DNA of 64,000 nucleotides, taken from a virus. The notes under the pieces were generated by a model. It was given only the letters and a program-made list of their open reading frames with translations, did not search any database and was not told the origin of the DNA. Below, piece after piece: positions 59,414 through 64,000 of the stretch (positions are counted from its first letter, which is position 1; every line of letters begins with the position of its first letter). The DNA lies in the IMG/VR virus record IMGVR_UViG_3300037419_001224, one strand, 5' to 3'. The translations under genes were made by a program, and so were the position numbers.

Positions 59414-59432
59414 ATTCAAGCAGTGCTTGAAT
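59414..59432. promoter_or_regulatory. Perfect 19-bp palindrome ATTCAAGCA-G-TGCTTGAAT (operator candidate)
   Basis: Perfect 9-1-9 inverted repeat 28 nt upstream of the ATG at 59460. Shares 13 identical nt with the site at 37421-37433. Confidence 0.55.
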
Positions 59433-59459
59433 TAATCAAGTAATACATGGAGACTTCAG

Positions 59460-60431
59460 ATGCCGACTCACTCCCGCAAGCGCGTCCGCTGGCAGCCAGC
59501 CGACTACGATGCGATGGCCCCAGTCCTAATCGCGCTTAACCCAGCCTTACCAAAGTCAGAGACGCTGATCAGCCTGAAAGGCTCCGATGTCAAGTACGCC
59601 ATGCGTGCGTTGCCATCGGAACGGCGCAGGCCAGATCTCTGGTCCCACCATATGCCGAAGGTTCGGCAGGGATTCAAGGACGCGTTCGCCAGGATGGCTG
59701 CCAAAGCCGAGCCTAAACCAGAACCCCAGGTCGATGATTATCGCCCACAAGTTGATCCTGCGAAACAGGAAAATGCACAGGCCACGACCGAGACGCGCCC
59801 TGCCCCCGAGAAACTGCAGGAGCTGGTCAACAAGTTCTCGAAGGAAGGAAAGCCAGCCAGCAATGGGCATGTAGGCGCTGTCCTGGCGGATGCGCCAGTG
59901 CGGCCACCGGTCAGGCAAGTCCAGACTAAACCGGTCCAGGCACCTACTTCCCTCGACGCCATGGTGGACTCGTTCGCCGCTTCCCTTGCGGAACGGTTCG
60001 CGGTCAGTTTCAGCCAGTCGCTGGCGCACCATCTTCGCGAGCAGCTTGCCCGTGAGCTGCCGACGGTTGCACGAACCGTGATGGCCGCGCCCGCTGTTGC
60101 CGCGCAGCCTGAACCAGCGGAGCACAAGGAACCAGCAAAACCAAAGCCGTTGCATATCGCGGTCGTCGGCGCGTTGCCGCAGCAGGCCCGCGATATCGAG
60201 CAGGCGTTCCCGGAACTGAAGATCACTTGCATATCGAAGGACGTCTCGTCACAGCAGGCGGTTGCGACAGCCGTCAATGCCGACAAGACGATCCTGATGA
60301 CGGACTTCGTTGGCCACCCCATCCATGCAGCCCTTAAAAACAAGATCGGCGAAAAGCTGGTCCGGTGCTCTGGCTCGGTGTCGGCGGTCAAGCATCAGAT
60401 CCACGTACTGAAGTGCGCCACCAACCACTAG
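59460..60431 (+). CDS. Hypothetical protein with DUF2325-like C-terminal domain
   Basis: 323 aa. Pro/Ala/Gln-rich middle region. The C-terminus LHIAVVGALPQQ...ADKTILMTDFVGH resembles DUF2325. Confidence 0.5.
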   Translation: MPTHSRKRVRWQPADYDAMAPVLIALNPALPKSETLISLKGSDVKYAMRALPSERRRPDLWSHHMPKVRQGFKDAFARMAAKAEPKPEPQVDDYRPQVDPAKQENAQATTETRPAPEKLQELVNKFSKEGKPASNGHVGAVLADAPVRPPVRQVQTKPVQAPTSLDAMVDSFAASLAERFAVSFSQSLAHHLREQLARELPTVARTVMAAPAVAAQPEPAEHKEPAKPKPLHIAVVGALPQQARDIEQAFPELKITCISKDVSSQQAVATAVNADKTILMTDFVGHPIHAALKNKIGEKLVRCSGSVSAVKHQIHVLKCATNH

Positions 60432-60440
60432 GAGAGAGCA

Positions 60441-60779
60441 ATGGCAGCAACAAAGCAGGAGTTCTTTTATGAGCTCGTCAATTTGATCAACCGGACTGGC
60501 GCGAATTACCTCGACGCCACCGAAGCGTTCGGAATGGTCGTTTCCGCATCCGCCAAGTGCGCGGCAGAAGTACAGAGCAAGCCGATAGCAGAAGTCAGGG
60601 ATGAGCTCGCGGAAGCGTTCGCGAAAGGCTATACGAACGACAAAGTGAAGGCTCAGGTCGTTGAAGGCGCTCCTGTCGCCGATCCGAAGACCGGTGAATG
60701 GACGTTTCCCGACAAGCAGGGACAGGAAGAACAAAAGGTCAAGGCCGCTGCTGCTTGGCCGTTCCCGACAAAACAATAG
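60441..60779 (+). CDS. Hypothetical protein
   Basis: 112-aa ORF. Confidence 0.5.
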   Translation: MAATKQEFFYELVNLINRTGANYLDATEAFGMVVSASAKCAAEVQSKPIAEVRDELAEAFAKGYTNDKVKAQVVEGAPVADPKTGEWTFPDKQGQEEQKVKAAAAWPFPTKQ

Positions 60780-60788
60780 GAGGCAGTC

Positions 60789-61232
60789 ATGAATATCTTC
60801 CCACCGGAATTCGTAGCGGCACAAAAGGAGTTTCTCGACGAAGCCAGAAGAGAAATGGAAAAGGTCGAGGAGATCGGCGGCAAGACAGCGATGCACATCT
60901 GCGTCGGGTTCCTGAGATTGTGCTCGACATGGAGCCAGGCTGCGCTCGTCTCGACGACGGCGTTCGCCATATTGGGTGACGAAGAAGATCCGATGAGTGC
61001 CGCTGCGAGTGAAGCGGCTGCCAAGGCGATCAGTATGTTAGGCGATGACTATTTCCAATACGCCGCCGCCACGCTCGGCTTCGTGTTGAAGGAAGGCTTG
61101 CACGACGACGACAAGGCAAAGCGCTGCTACGAGATCGTTTGGGCGCTGATCGTCAAGGAAGAGACGATGCTGAAGAGCCTCATGCTCAGCATGATCGAGA
61201 AGCGCTGCGCAGAGAAAACAGGAACGCACTGA
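60789..61232 (+). CDS. Hypothetical protein
   Basis: 147-aa ORF. Confidence 0.5.
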   Translation: MNIFPPEFVAAQKEFLDEARREMEKVEEIGGKTAMHICVGFLRLCSTWSQAALVSTTAFAILGDEEDPMSAAASEAAAKAISMLGDDYFQYAAATLGFVLKEGLHDDDKAKRCYEIVWALIVKEETMLKSLMLSMIEKRCAEKTGTH

Positions 61233-61687
61233 TGGCCATGACCGTCAATTCCGCCCGTCGCATTTGCGAGGAACTGTACAAGGCGTCCAGGGGCGAGATC
61301 GAGCTGACACGCGAGGTCGCGTTCCATGGCGCTCATGCGCTCCAGGCGATGCTGAAGGTGGTATTGACGAGGCCGGTCGGTGGATATCGGCTGGTGCCGG
61401 AAGAGCTGTATTGGCAAATGCAAACCGTGTATTTGCAGCACATCGCTGTCCAGATCGTGCTGCCCAAGGAGAAACAGGATGGAAAAGGAACTGACCAACG
61501 AATTGGATCAAGAGATCGAGAGCCTGGCGCGCTCGGCTGTGATGAAGGAAATGAAGGATCTGCTTCAGTCGGAAGTGGGCCGGATGGCCCCAGTGTCGGG
61601 CAAGCTGCTCGCGATGACGATCAAGGAAACGCCCGACTGGAAAAGCGGGATGGTGGCTCTGGCTCTGGCACTGAGAGCGGTGGTTGA
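61232..61687 (+). CDS. Hypothetical protein with uncertain 3' end
   Basis: Start MAMTVNS (TGATG overlap). The last roughly 70 codons overlap the next gene and have A-rich third positions. Confidence 0.35.
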   Translation: MAMTVNSARRICEELYKASRGEIELTREVAFHGAHALQAMLKVVLTRPVGGYRLVPEELYWQMQTVYLQHIAVQIVLPKEKQDGKGTDQRIGSRDREPGALGCDEGNEGSASVGSGPDGPSVGQAARDDDQGNARLEKRDGGSGSGTESGG

Positions 61688-61835
61688 ACTCGGCATCGAC
61701 CTGAACGTGGGGTCGAGAGAGACCGTCACGACCGGCGTGCTCAGGATCTTCGAGCACTTGCTGGAAGCGGACTGTGGCGTGTTCTCGATGAGCAAGGAAG
61801 AGTACCAGCAGTTCACGGAAGGGAAGAGGCACTGA
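61479..61835 (+). CDS. Hypothetical protein
   Basis: Start MEKELTN with a strong SD (AAGGAGAAACAGG). Confidence 0.5.
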   Translation: MEKELTNELDQEIESLARSAVMKEMKDLLQSEVGRMAPVSGKLLAMTIKETPDWKSGMVALALALRAVVELGIDLNVGSRETVTTGVLRIFEHLLEADCGVFSMSKEEYQQFTEGKRH

Positions 61836-61836
61836 T

Positions 61837-62079
61837 ATGACCGACTACAACGCGGCAGGCGCGGAAGTGATTAATCTTCTGGCCGGCAAATACGAGATGG
61901 ACTTCATGCAAATCTCGCTGCTGTTCGGCGCTCTCATGCGCAGTTTCATTACCTCACGCCCGCCAGAAATGAGTGAGGAGTTCGTCGAAGACCTTGTGAG
62001 AAGAACACTCGCGAAAGGGTTTGAGTCTGAAGCCGAGCTTGCCATTAAAGCCAAGGAGGAAGGAAATGACAACGCCTAA
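61837..62079 (+). CDS. Hypothetical protein
   Basis: 80-aa ORF. Confidence 0.5.
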   Translation: MTDYNAAGAEVINLLAGKYEMDFMQISLLFGALMRSFITSRPPEMSEEFVEDLVRRTLAKGFESEAELAIKAKEEGNDNA

Positions 62080-62473
62080 CTATCAGCTTCTCCGGGAAGC
62101 GTACTACTTCATCAAGTCGATCCCGGACGACGCGTTCAAGCTGGATCACTGGATCGGTGAAGGGACGCCCGAGTGCAAGACGCTCGCCTGTGCCGGTGGA
62201 TGGCTTCCGAGTTGCCCCACGTTCAGGGAACTCGGCCTGCGCAATAGCCACTATTACGGTGCTCCTTCTATCCCGCATGAAGACGGCAAGCTGCTCCTTG
62301 GGTATCCAGCGCTTGCTGAGTTGTTCGGCATTCCCTATCGCGATGTGAACGCACTGTTCGGTGCTCGCGATGTTGAGTACGCGTATGACCCGGAAGAAGT
62401 CGAGGAATTGAGCGACAAGGAGCTGTGGCTCGCGAGGATGCGCAATTACCTGAGAGAGAAGGAGCAGTGGTAA
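62066..62473 (+). CDS. Paralogue A of a tandem small-protein family
   Basis: MTTPNYQLLREAYYFI...CKTLACAGGW...LSDKELWLARMRNYL, with SD AAGGAGGAAGG. Confidence 0.55.
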   Translation: MTTPNYQLLREAYYFIKSIPDDAFKLDHWIGEGTPECKTLACAGGWLPSCPTFRELGLRNSHYYGAPSIPHEDGKLLLGYPALAELFGIPYRDVNALFGARDVEYAYDPEEVEELSDKELWLARMRNYLREKEQW

Positions 62474-62874
62474 TGAAACCGAACTACGAACTGTTGAAGG
62501 ATGCGTACGCGATCATCGACGGTATCCCGGACAAAGTGTTCCATCTCGCCGCGTGGGTCACGAGAAAGGGGAAAGCGCTTGATTGTGGAACGGTCGCATG
62601 TGCCGGCGGTTGGCTCTCGATGCACCCGCAATTTAACGACATGGGATTGAAGCTCAATGCAGAAAGATTCCCTGTTCTTCGTGGGCTGCAGGCCATCGGT
62701 GCCCTCGCTGCTTTATTCAATCTCGAATACTCGGACGCGCTAGACCTTTTCGGAATGCGCCCGATCTGCGGTGGACCTCGCAGATACGACCCCCCGAATG
62801 CTGATCGCCTGTCGGACAAGGAGCTGTGGAAAGCGCGGGTTCGCAATTTCCTGAACCGGATGGGTGCGCTATGA
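62473..62874 (+). CDS. Paralogue B of the same family
   Basis: MKPNYELLKDAYAII...CGTVACAGGW...LSDKELWKARVRNFL. Confidence 0.55.
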   Translation: MKPNYELLKDAYAIIDGIPDKVFHLAAWVTRKGKALDCGTVACAGGWLSMHPQFNDMGLKLNAERFPVLRGLQAIGALAALFNLEYSDALDLFGMRPICGGPRRYDPPNADRLSDKELWKARVRNFLNRMGAL

Positions 62875-62941
62875 GAATCGTGCTGGTGGCGTTCGCGCTG
62901 ATCGCATTCCTTGCCGCCAGCTCGATTGAAAGGAGAAAGAC

Positions 62942-63169
62942 ATGTCATGCCCAAGATGCGGAAGCCATGACCTGTGGGACGACAACCTGTGGTGGGGCTG
63001 CAATAGCTGCGGGTACGCAGGAAGCCCGGACGGCGGAACGATGTTCTTCGCAAAGGATATCGAGGGACTGCCAAGGACCGTCGACGAAGTGAACAAGAAG
63101 GCCGGATGGACATGGCTCAACTACCAGCCAATGATCGTCCCGAACCGTAACGATGATGACGAGGCGTAA
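62942..63169 (+). CDS. Zinc-ribbon protein
   Basis: MSCPRCGSHD...CNSCGY, with SD AAAGGAGAAAG. Confidence 0.5.
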   Translation: MSCPRCGSHDLWDDNLWWGCNSCGYAGSPDGGTMFFAKDIEGLPRTVDEVNKKAGWTWLNYQPMIVPNRNDDDEA

Positions 63170-63199
63170 GCCCGTTTTACTGAAGAGAAGGAGAGCAAG

Positions 63200-63625
63200 G
63201 TGACAAATTTCGATTTACTCAAGGAAGCGTATCTGATCGTCGATCAGCAGCGGAGTCTCAAACTGTCCGAGTGGCGGCACTGTGCCGCCGGCAAGCTGGC
63301 GAATCATCCGTCTTTCAGCGCGAAGACGGGTCTTCGGCTCAACGGGTGGACGCCGACCCTGGACAAGGATGGCCGCACGTATGACGAATACTCCGCGCTG
63401 GCACAGGTGTTCGATATCCCATGGGAAGAGGCGTTTGATCTGTTCTGCTCCCGTGAGCACGGGTCACCCTATGACCCTCCGGTGAAAATGAGTCGCCTTG
63501 GGAAGGTGGTGCCGCCGACATGCAAAGCGTTGTGGAAGGCGCGGATGCGCAATTTCTTCAAAGTACACGGGATACCTCTTGTCCAGGACAGGAAGCCCGC
63601 GCAACAGCAGGCGGCAGTCGCCTGA
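63200..63625 (+). CDS. Paralogue C of the same family (diverged)
   Basis: GTG start. MTNFDLLKEAYLIV...KALWKARMRNFF. Confidence 0.5.
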   Translation: MTNFDLLKEAYLIVDQQRSLKLSEWRHCAAGKLANHPSFSAKTGLRLNGWTPTLDKDGRTYDEYSALAQVFDIPWEEAFDLFCSREHGSPYDPPVKMSRLGKVVPPTCKALWKARMRNFFKVHGIPLVQDRKPAQQQAAVA

Positions 63626-63654
63626 TTAATCAACCGAAGCAAAGGAGAAGATAG

Positions 63655-64000
63655 ATGGCAATGACTATGAATATGGAAAAGATGCTGAGGGCCGCGCAGG
63701 AGCAGAAGAAGCAAGGCACGACCCTCGGCGATGCTGGCCCGGTTGCGCATGTCGCCGAGATCCGGTACCACGATGGTCCGCTGCTGCTGCCGAACGGCAT
63801 GTCTGAACAGCAGGCGGTCGAGCTGCTGGTGCGGCGTAGCGAATACCTGAATGAAGACGTGAACTTCGTCGAGGTGTTCGATGCGTTCCCGTGGGATGGC
63901 GCGCACGCGATCGACGTGGTACTGGAGCGCAAGTTCGGCTGGTCCGCCGCGACCATGATCGAGAAGCCTGGTCTGTTCGGCAACATCAAGGTCAAGCCGA
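63655..64000 (+). CDS. Hypothetical protein, 5' part only (runs off the window)
   Basis: Hand-translated MAMTMNMEKMLRAAQEQKKQGTTLGD...FGNIKVKP with AAGGAGAAG upstream. Absent from the ORF track because it has no in-window stop. Confidence 0.55.
   Translation, partial: MAMTMNMEKMLRAAQEQKKQGTTLGDAGPVAHVAEIRYHDGPLLLPNGMSEQQAVELLVRRSEYLNEDVNFVEVFDAFPWDGAHAIDVVLERKFGWSAATMIEKPGLFGNIKVKP

Larger units (their letters stand above)
1..64000. mobile_element. Phage genome segment (Bcep22-like temperate podovirus organisation), larger than the window
   Basis: Uninterrupted phage modules: packaging, capsid, tail fibres, lysis, replication, recombination, immunity and integration. No host housekeeping genes. 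An ORF is cut at each window edge. Confidence 0.8.

Noticed and set aside
62871-63092. 73-aa ORF starting MRIVLVAFALIAFLAASS, with an ATGA overlap to paralogue B
   Set aside because: Only the first 20 or so codons look like a TM peptide. The remainder overlaps the better-supported zinc-ribbon gene 62942..63169 in another frame. I left it unannotated.
1-64000. CRISPR arrays, reverse transcriptase/retron or DGR elements, rRNA genes, transposases
   Set aside because: I looked for regularly spaced direct repeats, RT motifs (YxDD) and DDE signatures among the translated ORFs and saw none. The only tandem DNA repeats are the coding 63-bp repeats in the fibre-associated genes.

Overview
The whole 64-kb window reads as one contiguous high-GC temperate phage genome segment. 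It resembles the Burkholderia Bcep22-like podoviruses. No host housekeeping gene is recognisable, and both window edges cut inside ORFs.

Layout:
- 1-37.3 kb, minus strand: one long late operon. In transcription order (right to left) it holds small late ORFs, a terS-like gene and a moron patch. Then come terL, a tRNA-like gene, the portal and a run of related tail-fibre/tailspike genes. Scaffold, major capsid, tail proteins, two enzymatic tail fibres and a holin/endolysin/Rz/Rz1 lysis cassette follow. The operon ends with ejection-type proteins and a giant virion protein.
- The giant gene (1..4714, minus strand) is missing from the supplied ORF track because its 3' end lies outside the window. 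I found it by hand translation.
- 37.4-40.5 kb, plus strand: a lower-GC accessory cassette carrying DUF932, a DoxX-like protein, a DUF2591-like protein and a small serine recombinase.
- 40.5-46.7 kb, minus strand: the early-left operon. It has a Cro-like HTH, a Ref-like HNH nuclease, a replication initiator and a DnaB-like helicase. It also has a VRR-NUC nuclease, a Q-like antiterminator and an orphan C5 DNA methyltransferase.
- 46.7-47.9 kb: immunity/regulatory region.
- 47.9-58.8 kb, plus strand: the early-right operon. It has ERF, a YqaJ exonuclease, SSB, a vWA protein and a second tRNA-like gene. NinB-like, SPOUT methyltransferase, Lar-like, Xis-like and tyrosine integrase genes complete it.
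- 58.99-59.26 kb: a canonical tRNA-Val(CAC) next to what looks like an intact attP.
- 59.4-64 kb: a further plus-strand module.

Most notable observations:
1. The attP-like core copies the anticodon stem-loop of the adjacent phage-borne tRNA-Val.
2. Two structurally aberrant tRNA-like genes sit in a genome that also encodes a SPOUT methyltransferase.
3. A 19-bp palindrome family ties three rightward modules together.
4. A lambda PR'/tR'-like late control region is separated from its Q-like gene by the recombinase cassette.
5. A Rap1a/Tai4-like T6SS immunity moron has its own promoter.
6. 21-residue tandem repeats are shared by three late genes.

Limits: all family names come from motif recognition by eye. 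No database search or RNA-folding program was run.
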